From the NCBI RefSeq assembly GCF_018398935.1, contig NZ_CP074694.1, positions 4,260,001-4,292,000 on the forward strand: a stretch of 32,000 nt of DNA, in the 5' to 3' direction. This DNA is from Telmatocola sphagniphila. Lineage in GTDB: Bacteria; Planctomycetota; Planctomycetia; Gemmatales; Gemmataceae. The first letter of the stretch is position 1. Every line of letters begins with the position of its first letter. The notes under the pieces were generated by a model. That model worked only from the letters and a program-made list of their open reading frames with translations. It searched no databases and was not told the DNA's origin. Positions 1 to 9,512 of the stretch are shown in pieces. The position numbers were made by a program, and so were the translations under genes.

Positions 1-321
1 ACTCATCTCATGCGGGAACTGGAAAAGATTCATCGCATTGTTCAGAAGCAGATACCGGGGGCTCCTCACGAAGTGTTACTGGTTTTGGATGCCACCACGG
101 GACAGAATGCGATCGCACAGGCGGAGGAGTTTTCCAAATCCGTCAAATGCACGGGAATTATTCTCACTAAACTGGATGGCACGGCCAAAGGCGGCGTGAT
201 CTTCGGCATCAAGAGCAAGCTGGGGCTGCCAGTTAAGTACATCGGCGTCGGTGAGGGGTTGGATGACCTCGACATATTCAATCCCGATGAATACGTCGCC
301 GCCCTGTTTGAGAAGACGTAA
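1..321 (+). CDS. ftsY: Signal recognition particle receptor FtsY, C-terminal fragment (5' end lies upstream of the window)
   Basis: Frame 1 is open from nt 1 to TAA at 319-321. The translation LVLDATTGQNA...ILTKLDGTAKGG...KYIGVGEGLDDL matches the conserved SRP-GTPase C-terminal motifs. TKLDGTAKGG is the FtsY form; Ffh has TKLDGDARGG. Confidence 0.9.
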   Translation, partial: THLMRELEKIHRIVQKQIPGAPHEVLLVLDATTGQNAIAQAEEFSKSVKCTGIILTKLDGTAKGGVIFGIKSKLGLPVKYIGVGEGLDDLDIFNPDEYVAALFEKT

Positions 322-337
322 ACGATCATTTGGCATT

Positions 338-658
338 TCAGATGTTAACTGGTTCGAATTCCGCAAAGAGTTGCTGGCACTCGGCCAAGGTATTCAGCGG
401 CTTGTAATCGCACGCCGCCCCGAACTCAGCCCATAGCGCATGCACGGCGGGCAAAGAGTGTGCTTTCGCAATAGCCTCCGCCGATAACCATTCGAAGATT
501 TCAACGAGGGTGCCATCCGCCCCTCGCATGACATAGGCGGGTCGATCTGTTACCAGATTTTCTCCTCGCAATACCGCCAAATGCTTGCGCACGGCATTCA
601 GAAGAGCCTCGTCCTGCCCCGGCTTGGGAGCATACGCCACAATTACGAAACGGCCCAT
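338..658 (-). CDS. Small ABM/Dabb-like (ferredoxin-fold, antibiotic-biosynthesis-monooxygenase-like) protein
   Basis: 106-aa ORF convergent with ftsY. The pattern FVIVAYAPKPGQDEALL...LVEIFEWLSAEAIAKAH resembles the ABM domain (beta-strand, kpG..e.f, then E.W.s..a...H). The family call is tentative. Confidence 0.55.
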   Translation of the reverse strand: MGRFVIVAYAPKPGQDEALLNAVRKHLAVLRGENLVTDRPAYVMRGADGTLVEIFEWLSAEAIAKAHSLPAVHALWAEFGAACDYKPLNTLAECQQLFAEFEPVNI

Positions 659-952
659 GTGTTCCTCCAGATGCGGGAAGTCTTTAATTCATCGAGCGAG
701 AACATGCAGTTTTATGAATATTATTCCAGGAATGAGTTGCTTACCAAATCAAAACTCACTCTCTAATGCCAGTGTATCGATCTGGATCTATTTCCGGCCG
801 ATTCAAGTGAAACTCCTTCTCACTCGCAATTTGTAATTGAATTCCAAACGATTTATCAGATTTTCTTTTCACTTTGAAATAATTCCGGATGTTTGCCGTC
901 CAACAGGTGAGCGTGGCTATCTAGCCTCGTTGAATTTAAGTTGGAGATTAGG
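659..952. promoter_or_regulatory. AT-rich divergent intergenic region (likely promoters for the ABM-like gene and the DUF1559 gene)
   Basis: About 290 nt of non-coding, AT-rich sequence between divergently oriented starts. No specific -35/-10 element could be assigned. Confidence 0.3.
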
Positions 953-1885
953 ATGAGAAGAGTGGTTCGTCGAGCCTTCACACTGATCGAGCTTTTGGTA
1001 GTCATCGCAATTATCGCCGTTCTGATCGGCTTATTGCTACCCGCTGTGCAGAAAGTTCGTGAAGCAGCGAGCCGTATGAAGTGCCAGAACAATCTGAAGC
1101 AAGTCGGTCTGGCCATGCATAATTACGAATCGGCCTTAGGCGGCTTGCCACCGCGTGGGCAATCTTGGGTTCCCTATAGCGGCTGGGGTGTTTTCATTCT
1201 GCCGTATATCGAGCAGGAACCACTGGCGAAACTCTACAACTTCTCGGCCAATTTCTGGGATCCGTCAAACGCCTCGGCAGTTTCGCAACCCGTCAAAATT
1301 TATCAATGTCCTTCAACCCCCGCTAACCGAACCGTTTCGATCATCACCGACGATGATGCTCCCATCGTAGGAATCAACACTGGAATCTCGGCGGCCGTGG
1401 GCGATTACTTTGCTCCGAATTGCGTCGATGCCTACTGGTGGCCCGCGGCTCGCTACGCGGCGGCACTCGATGAATCGAACTGTCCGGCTCTAGGTTTGGG
1501 AACCCGGCGTCGATTTACCGATATTACGGACGGAACTTCCTCCACGTTACTCGTGGCCGAAATGGCGGGACGTCCCGATTGGTACGTTATGGGTAATAAA
1601 CAGCCTACGAATGCCGGCTTGCGTTTCCCGAACTGGTGGGGACCCTGGGCCTCCTATCAATCCTGCATTTATAAAACCTGGTCAACCGATGGGTTCACCG
1701 AAGGTGGCCCCTGTACCATAAATTGCGACAATAGCCGGGGTATCTATGCTCTCCATACGGGAGGAGCCAACGCCGTCTTCTGCGACGGGTCGGTGCACTT
1801 TCTCCGGGTGGGACTGGATCGAGATATTTTCGCCGGGCTGGTCACCAAGTCGGGCGGAGAAATTCTTTCGGAAGACAGTTACTAA
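953..1885 (+). CDS. DUF1559 / H-X9-DG family protein with type IV pilin-like N-terminal cleavage/methylation signal
   Basis: ATG at 953 is preceded by GGAG (943-946); the track start at 941 is TTG. The N-terminus [34 protein letters not shown] is a class III (prepilin-type) signal. The C-terminal [12 protein letters not shown] fits the H-X9-DG motif. This family is hugely expanded in Planctomycetota. Confidence 0.9.
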   Translation: MRRVVRRAFTLIELLVVIAIIAVLIGLLLPAVQKVREAASRMKCQNNLKQVGLAMHNYESALGGLPPRGQSWVPYSGWGVFILPYIEQEPLAKLYNFSANFWDPSNASAVSQPVKIYQCPSTPANRTVSIITDDDAPIVGINTGISAAVGDYFAPNCVDAYWWPAARYAAALDESNCPALGLGTRRRFTDITDGTSSTLLVAEMAGRPDWYVMGNKQPTNAGLRFPNWWGPWASYQSCIYKTWSTDGFTEGGPCTINCDNSRGIYALHTGGANAVFCDGSVHFLRVGLDRDIFAGLVTKSGGEILSEDSY

Positions 1886-1899
1886 AAATTGGGTGTTTC

Positions 1900-2973
1900 A
1901 TGTGGCAAGTAGCTTGTTTCTCACTGGTTTTTCTCCATCCCGGAATTCAAAAATCGGAGAAGAATCGCGAATCCATTGCTGCTCCCCAACTCAACCGCAC
2001 CTTTGTTTTGGAAGGTGTCGGCGGCAAAGCCGATGGAACCGGCATCATCGGCCGGCTCGATCACCTGGGATACGATCCCGATTCAGACTGTCTGTTCGTT
2101 GCCTGCAAAGCCAATGGCTCTCTCGAAGTGATCGATCTCAAAAAGGGAAAGCGAATCGCAACTCTCCCAAACTTAGCGAAACCGCAAGGAGTGGGAATCT
2201 ATCAAAACAAGGCCTATGTCACCACCGGCGGGGACGGCCAATTGCACCGGGTCGATCTCAAAAGCTTCAAGATCGAGAAATCGATCGCGGTGGGGGAGGA
2301 CGCCGACAATGTGCGCGTATCGGAAGGTCGGATCTGGGTGAGCTATGGCGGCGATGGTCCAGGGGGAATCAAATCTTTTGATCCCGAGACGTTAGCAGAG
2401 AAGAGTTCTTTTAAGTTTCCCAAAATGCCGGAAGGATTCCGATTGAGTAAAGACAGCCGACTGTTTGTAAACATGCCGGCCGGCAAGCGTTCAACCGAAG
2501 ATGGAACGCTGCTTTGTCTAGATGCGACAACAGGGAAAATTCACTGGGAAATAAAACTGAAAGGCCGGGGAGGAAATTTTGCCCTCAGCCGGGATGAGAC
2601 CAACGACAGGCTGCTTCTTAGCACACGATTTCCGGCCAGATTGATCGTACTTACCGCGTCCAAAGGTGAGTTTATCGGCGATGTAGAATGTCCACCCGAT
2701 TCGGACGACCTATTCTGGGATGCAAAAACCCGGCAGGTAATCGTTATCGGTGGGGGTCAGGCCGTTTCTGGATCTAATTATGGTGGCAATGGAGCCGCGA
2801 TTGCCACGTATAGCGTCGATAAAACCGGCAAACCGATCCTTCAACATACTCTACCGATACCCGCCCATACTCGGACCGGATTATTCGTTCCGGAAAAACG
2901 CACTGTGTATGTTGCCGTTCCACCTTTAAAGGGTCAGCCTGCTGAGATTCGGGAATACTCTGTCCCCGAATAG
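1900..2973 (+). CDS. Beta-propeller protein (YncE/YVTN-like repeats), hypothetical
   Basis: 357-aa ORF starting 14 nt after the DUF1559 stop. It has repeated strand patterns (LFVACKANGSLEVIDLKKGK, AYVTTGGDGQLHRVDLKS, RIWVSYGGDG, VIVIGGG, VYVAVPP) typical of 6-7-bladed propellers. The N-terminus is only weakly signal-like. Confidence 0.65.
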   Translation: MWQVACFSLVFLHPGIQKSEKNRESIAAPQLNRTFVLEGVGGKADGTGIIGRLDHLGYDPDSDCLFVACKANGSLEVIDLKKGKRIATLPNLAKPQGVGIYQNKAYVTTGGDGQLHRVDLKSFKIEKSIAVGEDADNVRVSEGRIWVSYGGDGPGGIKSFDPETLAEKSSFKFPKMPEGFRLSKDSRLFVNMPAGKRSTEDGTLLCLDATTGKIHWEIKLKGRGGNFALSRDETNDRLLLSTRFPARLIVLTASKGEFIGDVECPPDSDDLFWDAKTRQVIVIGGGQAVSGSNYGGNGAAIATYSVDKTGKPILQHTLPIPAHTRTGLFVPEKRTVYVAVPPLKGQPAEIREYSVPE

Positions 2974-3016
2974 AGATACCTATTACCAAATCTCAACCTG
3001 CGATTGGCGAACGAGA

Positions 3017-4042
3017 TCAGGCCACATAAATCCCATTGAAGTAGTCCGAAGAGAACGCCGTATATTGCTGGTAGAACAAAGGAGTTTGCAGGAAGGGAGA
3101 TACCGATATTCCCTGGAATATGTCCACGATAGGCGTGCGAGTCGGTCCCGTTGCCACGATAATATCCGCTCTCAAATTGCCTTGAAGGTCGGAGGCAGCG
3201 ACGCGGGCGCCGGTTGTCGAATTCGAATTACCAAACGCATAAAAACTCTTAATCAGCTGACCGTTGAAGCCGTTGAAGATCTCGACGTTAGCCGGTGCCC
3301 CGTCGGTAGGTCCCGTCACGATATCGGCATATCCATCGCCACTCACATCCGCCGACGCCAAATAGATACCGCCGTAGTAGCTGGAACTATAGGGTTGAAA
3401 ACTGCGTATCAAAGCGCTGGTCTGGCTATTGAAAATATTGACTAGCGGATTGCCGGTACTCGGATTCGAACTCGCCATGCTCACGATAATATCGTCGTTG
3501 AGCTGGGTCTGAGTGTTGCCCGCCGCAACGTAAATTCCGCCGCGATAACTCGGAGAAAAAGCATCGAAGCTGCGTACGAGTTGATTGGTTATCCCATTGA
3601 ATACTTCCACATGCGGGTCTGCTCCTGAAAGCGGCCCGGTGATGATGTCCTCGTAAACATTGCTGGAGATATGCCCCGCCGCGATCGAGATGCCACCCAT
3701 AAAATTGGGATCGTATGCGAAGAAGTTGCGAATCATACTGCCATTATTGCCATCGAAAACCTGAATATGCGGCCCGGCACCGACTTCAGCCGCGACGATC
3801 AGATCCTGGTAGCCATCGCCGTTCACATCACCTGAAGCTACTTGGACGCCGCCGAGGAAGCCGGGGAAGGCTTTAATGATGAAACGTAAACTCCCATCTG
3901 CATTGTAAACGTTGATGTTGGCGGCACTTCCGAACCCGGGTGCGATCGCATACATCAATTTCGAAGTGGTTGTTAGCACCACCCGTTGTTCGAGTGGCTC
4001 GAGACGTAATTGAGCCGAACGAAGCGAGAAGCTCTCAATCAT
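3017..4042 (-). CDS. FG-GAP repeat (integrin-alpha-like beta-propeller) protein
   Basis: Repeats of the FG-GAP/Ca-binding type: GDVNGDGYQDLIVAA, YEDIITGP, NDDIIVSM, ADVSGDGYADIVTGP, NLRADIIVATGP. These alternate with the motif xVFxGxxGxxxxSFxAF. AAGGA lies 8 nt upstream of the ATG. The N-terminus carries LRLEPLEQRVVLT. Confidence 0.85.
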   Translation of the reverse strand: MIESFSLRSAQLRLEPLEQRVVLTTTSKLMYAIAPGFGSAANINVYNADGSLRFIIKAFPGFLGGVQVASGDVNGDGYQDLIVAAEVGAGPHIQVFDGNNGSMIRNFFAYDPNFMGGISIAAGHISSNVYEDIITGPLSGADPHVEVFNGITNQLVRSFDAFSPSYRGGIYVAAGNTQTQLNDDIIVSMASSNPSTGNPLVNIFNSQTSALIRSFQPYSSSYYGGIYLASADVSGDGYADIVTGPTDGAPANVEIFNGFNGQLIKSFYAFGNSNSTTGARVAASDLQGNLRADIIVATGPTRTPIVDIFQGISVSPFLQTPLFYQQYTAFSSDYFNGIYVA

Positions 4043-4289
4043 GGAAATTCCTTATGCTTTCGACCCGCCCTGGTCTCTGATCTATCTGAATAAAATTACC
4101 CTGAGATCAATGGTAGCAAATAGCTGGCCAACTCGAAATCAATTATTGAACGTAAGCAATTATTCTCTAGGAGTTTAGGTCTGTTTGTAACCTTCTGATT
4201 GAGCTCCCCCCGTTTCAATAAACGCACGCGTTTGCGGTATCAAAGTTGCACGGTTTACGCTGCAAAGCTCAAAACCCAGGAGAACATCC

Positions 4290-4502
4290 ATGAAACCTTC
4301 CCCAAAAGAACCTGCCAAGAAATCTCAACCGTCTAATGATCCCCACCGGGTATCGGAAACTAACAAAGAGGATTTGAATCCAGCCGAAGAACGCGGCGAG
4401 CGTCTCGATACTGGGAAAACGATTGCACGCGGCGGCAAACACGACGGTCCGGTTCCCGGTGCAGAGCCGTCCTCAGATCATGGGGAACACAAAAAGGACT
4501 GA
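4290..4502 (+). CDS. Small highly charged, probably disordered hypothetical protein
   Basis: 70-aa ORF with AGGAGA 7 nt upstream of the ATG. The composition is K/E/P/D-rich and no domain is recognisable. Confidence 0.4.
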   Translation: MKPSPKEPAKKSQPSNDPHRVSETNKEDLNPAEERGERLDTGKTIARGGKHDGPVPGAEPSSDHGEHKKD

Positions 4503-4612
4503 AATGATAATTCGCACAGCCGTCTATGTGACTGTCGAAGTCGGTTAGACGACTGTCTATAGATGGATTGAGAACTCCCGCGCGTTTCGCGAAACCCGAG
4601 ATCAAAAAAATC

Positions 4613-5125
4613 ATGGATTCCTATACTATAACGCCGAGCCATCGGAACTCCCCCAGAACGACCAGTCAGGAACTCTGGGCATTGCTAGGATGGATTGGGT
4701 TGAGTTGCACGGCATCGATTAGTGCCGTTTTCATCTCTACAGGGGATTGGTTTCGCGAACTGCAAAAACCCTCCTGGAATCCGCCAAACTGGGTTTTCGG
4801 CCCGGTCTGGACAACACTTTACATCCTGATGGGCGTTGCGGCCTGGTATGTCTGGAGACAAGGGGGATGGAGGGCACAGAGAGGGCCACTAGCGCTCTTT
4901 TTGGTTCAACTAATCCTGAATGCGATATGGACCCCTTTGTTTTTCGGAATCCATGACCTCGGCTTAGCACTGCTGGATATCGGGCTACTTTGGCTGGCAC
5001 TTTTGGCAACAGCAATCGCTTTTCTGCGCGTCCAAACACTGGCAGGAGGTTTACTGCTTCCCTATATCGCCTGGGTCAGTTTTGCAATGGCTCTGAACTT
5101 TAGGATTTGGCAGATGAATTCCTGA
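4613..5125 (+). CDS. tspO: TspO/MBR family tryptophan-rich sensory protein
   Basis: WFRELQKPSWNPPNWVFGPVWTTLYILMGVAAWYVW...LNAIWTPLFFG...LLLPYIAWVSFAMALNFRIW is the classic TspO signature with five hydrophobic helices. I chose the ATG at 4613; the track start at 4568 is TTG. Confidence 0.9.
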   Translation: MDSYTITPSHRNSPRTTSQELWALLGWIGLSCTASISAVFISTGDWFRELQKPSWNPPNWVFGPVWTTLYILMGVAAWYVWRQGGWRAQRGPLALFLVQLILNAIWTPLFFGIHDLGLALLDIGLLWLALLATAIAFLRVQTLAGGLLLPYIAWVSFAMALNFRIWQMNS

Positions 5126-5137
5126 AAGTGAGTTAAT

Positions 5138-6178
5138 CTATTCCCCAATCACTTCCCCCGCAGCCATGGTGGAGAGAGCTCGATAAGTGTCTGGATTGAT
5201 AGTTTGGACCATGAATCGAACACTGCCGTCACAAAATAGAAAATTACAGCCGTTAGGATGAACGCTGCGAAATCCGGAAATAATGTCATAGGTTCCGGGG
5301 GCAGTGCCGCTGTTGATACAGCCGTTGTGAAAAGAGAGGGCCGGTAGGACCAGCGGATTGTTCATCGGTTCATTCCAGGGATCCGAATTGCCGCCCCGTT
5401 CGGCGGTTACGCCCAGACAAGCTCCACCTAAATAACCGATCGTATTAAGTGTTACAGTAGCCATCGGTCCCGAAGACCAGCTCTGGTCGATGTTGCTGGA
5501 TTGCCCGGGAAATAATCCTTGGGCCGGCGTGGTATCCGGATACCAGCGCCGGATGCCGTATTTGGGATTGCCTCCCGCACCTTCGCCCATGGCAAAGGTG
5601 TTACTGGTTCCATCGGTGATATCGGTTAGGCGCGTACTGGTGTTCACATCGAACACGCCGCGAGCAGTCCAGGGAACTTGAGTGTACTGACACAAAGCCG
5701 CATTTGCCCCTTTGCAGAGCAAATAATCCGCGGAAGCCACATTCGGTAACGGCCGGCCAGCGAACGGGACAAGGAAGGAAGTATCGATGACGCCCGAAGT
5801 GCGATTGCTCGGGCAATAAAAGACTTTGATCTGAATTGGCACGATATCGAAATTGGGTGATTGATACCAAGTCTTGGTCGGATCCCAGATTCGGGCCCAG
5901 TTATCCTGTTCGAGATAAGGAAGGAGCGGAACAAGCCCACTGAAGGTGCCGGTCTCGGCCACGCTGCTGCCGTTGACGGTCATCCCCGGCGGAAAAGAAC
6001 CGACGGCATCGTGATAGTTTTGTAAGGCCAGTCCGAATTGCTTCAGATTGTTGGTGCACGAGATGCGTCCGGCTGCTTCCCGAACCTTCTGCACGGCCGG
6101 TAATAATAAGGCGATCAGAATGGCGATGATGGCGATCACCACCAGGAGTTCCACCAGACTGAATGCTCGACGTCTCAT
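5138..6178 (-). CDS. DUF1559 / H-X9-DG family protein with type IV pilin-like N-terminus (second paralogue)
   Basis: [47 protein letters not shown] at the N-terminus and HPNGCNFLFCDG (H-X9-DG) near the C-terminus. I chose the ATG at 6178, which gives the typical family N-terminus. In-frame alternatives are 6202 and 6325. Confidence 0.88.
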   Translation of the reverse strand: MRRRAFSLVELLVVIAIIAILIALLLPAVQKVREAAGRISCTNNLKQFGLALQNYHDAVGSFPPGMTVNGSSVAETGTFSGLVPLLPYLEQDNWARIWDPTKTWYQSPNFDIVPIQIKVFYCPSNRTSGVIDTSFLVPFAGRPLPNVASADYLLCKGANAALCQYTQVPWTARGVFDVNTSTRLTDITDGTSNTFAMGEGAGGNPKYGIRRWYPDTTPAQGLFPGQSSNIDQSWSSGPMATVTLNTIGYLGGACLGVTAERGGNSDPWNEPMNNPLVLPALSFHNGCINSGTAPGTYDIISGFRSVHPNGCNFLFCDGSVRFMVQTINPDTYRALSTMAAGEVIGE

Positions 6179-6650
6179 ATTGCCTTCCAGAAAGCTTTGC
6201 ATTACCCAGTATACCCAATTTCGAACTTTCACCCTAGCGACAAGGCAGCCGCCAAGTTCTGAAAAACAGCATGTAGTATCATCACCGCAACTTCTGATGC
6301 AGTTATCACCGATCTTGACATGCAATATTTCGACTGGTTTTTACCCTGCGAATTAAAACGACCAGAACCACTATTTTCTGACCAGAAAAATTTTAACCTG
6401 CCGACGATAATTCCTCTTCTCCATTTCAGTCAGCGCTTTTTCCGGGATGAAGTGCCACCTAAATTGAACCCTTTTTTGTGAAAAATACGTTTCGACCAAA
6501 ATCAAGTTACGTCAGGAAAATAGTCTGCATTTTCAGCCAAAATTCGGCGCACAGCCAAATTTATCGTCCTAGGTTCCAATTATTAGTCTTGCGAGGGAAT
6601 CGATATAGCCCCGTCGCTTGGGTTTGGATCTGATTTTGGGTTCGCAAATA
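6179..6650. promoter_or_regulatory. AT-rich divergent intergenic/promoter region (DUF1559 gene leftward, kinase operon rightward)
   Basis: About 470 nt are AT-rich (for example aaaattttaacc and ttttttgtgaaaaatacg) with no convincing ORF. The region is flanked by divergent starts. No specific promoter elements were resolved. Confidence 0.35.
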
Positions 6651-9497
6651 ATGAGATCGCAACTGATAGACGAGCTCGCCCAATCGCTCCCCGATCCTGG
6701 CACAGTAAGATCGCAGGCTTTGCAGGCCATTTCCTCCGAACAGACAAAAGTATCCAAAATCGTTAATCTGCCTCTGCGGGAAGAATCCGCCGAACACACA
6801 TCGGACTTGGACTTCCATACCCTGCGCCAGGAAATTCGAACACTGGTCACCCGAGGTGTCATCGACGAAAAATTTCTCGATCACTTTGAACACTTGTCCA
6901 CCAAACTTCCCAAGGTGGGCGATATCTTCCTCGATTTCGAGCTGATCAAAGAGTTGGGTCGAGGCAGCTTCGGAGTAGTGTTCCTGGCTCGGCAAACCAG
7001 CCTGGCCGGTCGCCTGGTAGCAATCAAAATTTCCGAAGATCTCTTTTGCGAGTCGCAAACTTTAGCCCAACTCCAGCACACCAATATCATGCCGGTTTAT
7101 TCGGCGGGAGTATCCGGAACCCTGCAAGCGGTGGTGATGCCTTATTATGGCTCTACCACTCTGGCGACTATTTATCGGGAGATTCGCGACCGAAAGATCC
7201 TCCCCCAATCCGCCGATTATCTGGTCAGCACACTTAAAAGCCGGCGAATGGATCTTTCCACTTTAGATCGAGTCAGTCCTAAAACCGTTATCGATCGGAA
7301 AGTGAGTACCCGCGTCGAACTCCCGGAATTACCCCAGGAGGAAGGCCCGACCTCAGTTCCCGATTCGGTGATCAAGCTCCTCGAGCGGTTCTCGAAACTG
7401 ACCTATGTGGAGGCCGTGCTGTGGATCGGTCAGGGAATCGCGGCGGGATTGGCTCACGCACATGAACGCGGCATCATCCATCGCGATCTGAAACCTGCGA
7501 ACATTCTGCTGACTGATGACGGAACACCCATGATCCTGGACTTCAATCTGGCCCAGGATGTCAAGGATGAACTGCGACAGATCTTCCAAGGGGGTACCCT
7601 CCCCTATATGTCCCCGGAGCAGTTGAAATCTGTTGCGGGCCAAGCCATTAAGCTGGATGGCCGAAGCGATCTCTATTCGCTCGGACTGATTCTGCATCAG
7701 CTTCTGACCGGGAAATGCATTTACGCGCAGGAAACGATCTCCGGTTCACTGACCGAGGCGGTTCCCCTAATGCTGGAATCGCGACTCGTGAATCCGGTTT
7801 TTGCGATGACGACGAATACAGGTGTGACACCCGCGGTCAGATCGATCGTCCTCAAATGCATTCAACCCGATCCGCAATCGCGCTATCAGAGCGCATCGGA
7901 ACTCGTCGAAGACATTGAACGGCACTTGAAAAATCTGCCATTAAGATATGCCAAAGATCCGTCCCGACTCGAACGACTTCAGAAATGGACGCGGCGTAAT
8001 CCCAAGCTCTGTTCACCGCTCGTTTTAGTGGCCTTGGCCGCCAGTCTGCTTCTGTGCGTGATCGTGGCCTTCGCCAAAAATTCCTACGACAATCGGCAGC
8101 GGGAGCTGACAGATAATATTGCGATAGGCCAGGAAAAAATCCGTTCGTTTAACGACCAGAATCAGCTAACCCGTCAATACCTGACGGCCCCCTTCGCGCA
8201 ACCCTCGTGGATACAGGAGGGGTTAAAGCACGGCTTCGAAGCGTTGAAAACGCTCGGGGCTGATCGAGATGTCAACTGGTTAAATCAACCCGCATTTTCC
8301 CATCTGGATGAGACCGAACGCGGCCGGCTTAAAGCGAATGCGGAAGAGCTATCGTATTTCATCAGCCTCACCGAACTGACGCATCCGGCGCTCGGCAAAC
8401 CGCTCGAAAACACCTTCAAAAATGATCATCAGCGTTTGCGCGAACTGCCCTTGCTTGCCGAAAAAAAATCTTTCCTCAGCGCTGTGGAACTCCAGATGTC
8501 CGGGAGGTATCGCGAATCACTGAAAATTCTCGAGGGCTTGGAGCGAGAATATCCCAACGTGCCGGAGTACCGATTCCTGCTGGGTCGGGCCTTGCATATG
8601 ACCGGCGATTATCTGCGGGCGCATCAGGAGTACAGCGTCTGTATCGCACTAAATCCCAGCTTCAGCGCCGGTTACTACAACCGAGCCTACATCTCCAATA
8701 AGCTGGGAATTCCGCAAGCGCTAATCGATATCGAAAAGGCCGCCCTGCTGGAACCCGACAATGCCGATATTCGATTGCTCCAGGCCCAGATTTTAGGAAG
8801 GCATCAACACTACCTGGAAGCTTTGAAAGCTATAGATATCGTTTGCAACCAGCCCTCGCCTCCGATCTGGAGTTGGTTCACTCGGGCGACGCTGAATGAA
8901 TTAAAAGGGGACAAGGAAGCCGCGGCTCGCGATCTGGAAAAAGGCTTCGCGGGCCATGCCGTCGAGTACCAGGATTTCCTCTCGCGAGGCTTAGCGAGAA
9001 TGCAAACCGATCCGCAGGCCGCATTGCTCGATTTTCAAGCCGCCGAGAAAATCGACCCTCAACCCGTGGAAGCTCTCCAGAATCAGGCTCACGTCGAGGC
9101 CCGGTATCTCAATCACACCGAAAATGCGATCGACATTCTGCAACGGCTTCTGAAACGCAACCCCGATTTTCTCGAAGCTCGCGATGCACTGGCCGTCTAT
9201 TACGCCCGATTGGGGCAGGCCGAAAAAGCCCTGAAGATCGTCTCCCAAATGAAAGCGGGCGAGCCCTCCGCCAACGCTCAATATCAGACGGCCTGCGTTT
9301 ACGCTCTGTTGGCAAAAAAAGACCTCCGCTATGTTCCCGAAGCTTTGAAACAGCTGGCCTCCAGTCTGCAGCGTGGCTTCGGATTCGATTATCTGATGAT
9401 CGACAAAGATTTGGATCCCGTTCGTAACCATCCGGATTTCAAAGTCTTGTCCGACTTCGTTCAGAAAACCGAACAATTGAAAATTGCTCAACCTTAA
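6651..9497 (+). CDS. Membrane-spanning Ser/Thr protein kinase with C-terminal TPR repeat domain
   Basis: Hanks kinase motifs are present: LGRGSFGVVF, VAIK, HRDLKPANILL, DFN (in place of DFG), GTLPYMSPEQ. One TM helix (LVLVALAASLLLCVIVAFA, about 8004-8075) is followed by about 450 aa of TPR-like repeats (for example AGYYNRAYISNKLG). ATG at 6651; the track start at 6618 is TTG. Confidence 0.9.
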   Translation: MRSQLIDELAQSLPDPGTVRSQALQAISSEQTKVSKIVNLPLREESAEHTSDLDFHTLRQEIRTLVTRGVIDEKFLDHFEHLSTKLPKVGDIFLDFELIKELGRGSFGVVFLARQTSLAGRLVAIKISEDLFCESQTLAQLQHTNIMPVYSAGVSGTLQAVVMPYYGSTTLATIYREIRDRKILPQSADYLVSTLKSRRMDLSTLDRVSPKTVIDRKVSTRVELPELPQEEGPTSVPDSVIKLLERFSKLTYVEAVLWIGQGIAAGLAHAHERGIIHRDLKPANILLTDDGTPMILDFNLAQDVKDELRQIFQGGTLPYMSPEQLKSVAGQAIKLDGRSDLYSLGLILHQLLTGKCIYAQETISGSLTEAVPLMLESRLVNPVFAMTTNTGVTPAVRSIVLKCIQPDPQSRYQSASELVEDIERHLKNLPLRYAKDPSRLERLQKWTRRNPKLCSPLVLVALAASLLLCVIVAFAKNSYDNRQRELTDNIAIGQEKIRSFNDQNQLTRQYLTAPFAQPSWIQEGLKHGFEALKTLGADRDVNWLNQPAFSHLDETERGRLKANAEELSYFISLTELTHPALGKPLENTFKNDHQRLRELPLLAEKKSFLSAVELQMSGRYRESLKILEGLEREYPNVPEYRFLLGRALHMTGDYLRAHQEYSVCIALNPSFSAGYYNRAYISNKLGIPQALIDIEKAALLEPDNADIRLLQAQILGRHQHYLEALKAIDIVCNQPSPPIWSWFTRATLNELKGDKEAAARDLEKGFAGHAVEYQDFLSRGLARMQTDPQAALLDFQAAEKIDPQPVEALQNQAHVEARYLNHTENAIDILQRLLKRNPDFLEARDALAVYYARLGQAEKALKIVSQMKAGEPSANAQYQTACVYALLAKKDLRYVPEALKQLASSLQRGFGFDYLMIDKDLDPVRNHPDFKVLSDFVQKTEQLKIAQP

Positions 9498-9512
9498 TAC
9501 GAAGGATTTCAA

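Noticed and set aside
345-362. tRNA T-arm-like string TGGTTCGAATTCC
   Set aside because: The flanking bases do not form a T-stem: ACTGG versus TCCGC are not complementary. No acceptor or anticodon stems can be built from 290-366. The string lies inside the C-terminal codons (EFEPV) of the minus-strand ABM-like gene.
1746-2381. 211-aa plus-strand ORF overlapping the DUF1559 3' end and the propeller gene
   Set aside because: It lies in an alternative frame with an extreme Arg/Ser/Gly composition. Both overlapped genes have family-specific motifs in their own frames.
4211-4233. CGTTT-CAAT-AAACG-CA-CGCGTTT arrangement upstream of the small ORF at 4290 (possible alternative hairpins or operator)
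   Set aside because: The stems are only 5-6 bp, with loops too short for one of the pairings. This is within chance expectation for a 250-nt intergenic region.
953-6178. Possibility that the inverted DUF1559 N-terminal coding segments (about 965-1100 and 6040-6170) are terminal inverted repeats of a mobile element
   Set aside because: The similarity is at the protein level (the conserved pilin-like helix). By eye the DNA identity is only partial, with synonymous differences throughout. No transposase or target-site duplication is present.
6179-6325. N-terminal extensions offered by the track for several genes (6179-6325, 16538-16747, 20270-20371, 4568-4612, 6618-6650, 941-952)
   Set aside because: Most begin at TTG/GTG codons or add residues that are non-homologous to the family N-terminus. 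Internal ATGs with Shine-Dalgarno-like sequences give the canonical N-termini.
8461-8468. Homopolymer tracts inside coding regions (A8 at 8461-8468 in the kinase; T8 at 23781-23788 in the signal peptide of ORF B) as possible phase-variation switches
   Set aside because: Eight nucleotides is at the low end for slipped-strand switching. Both tracts keep the reading frame intact here, and I cannot see population variation from a single sequence.
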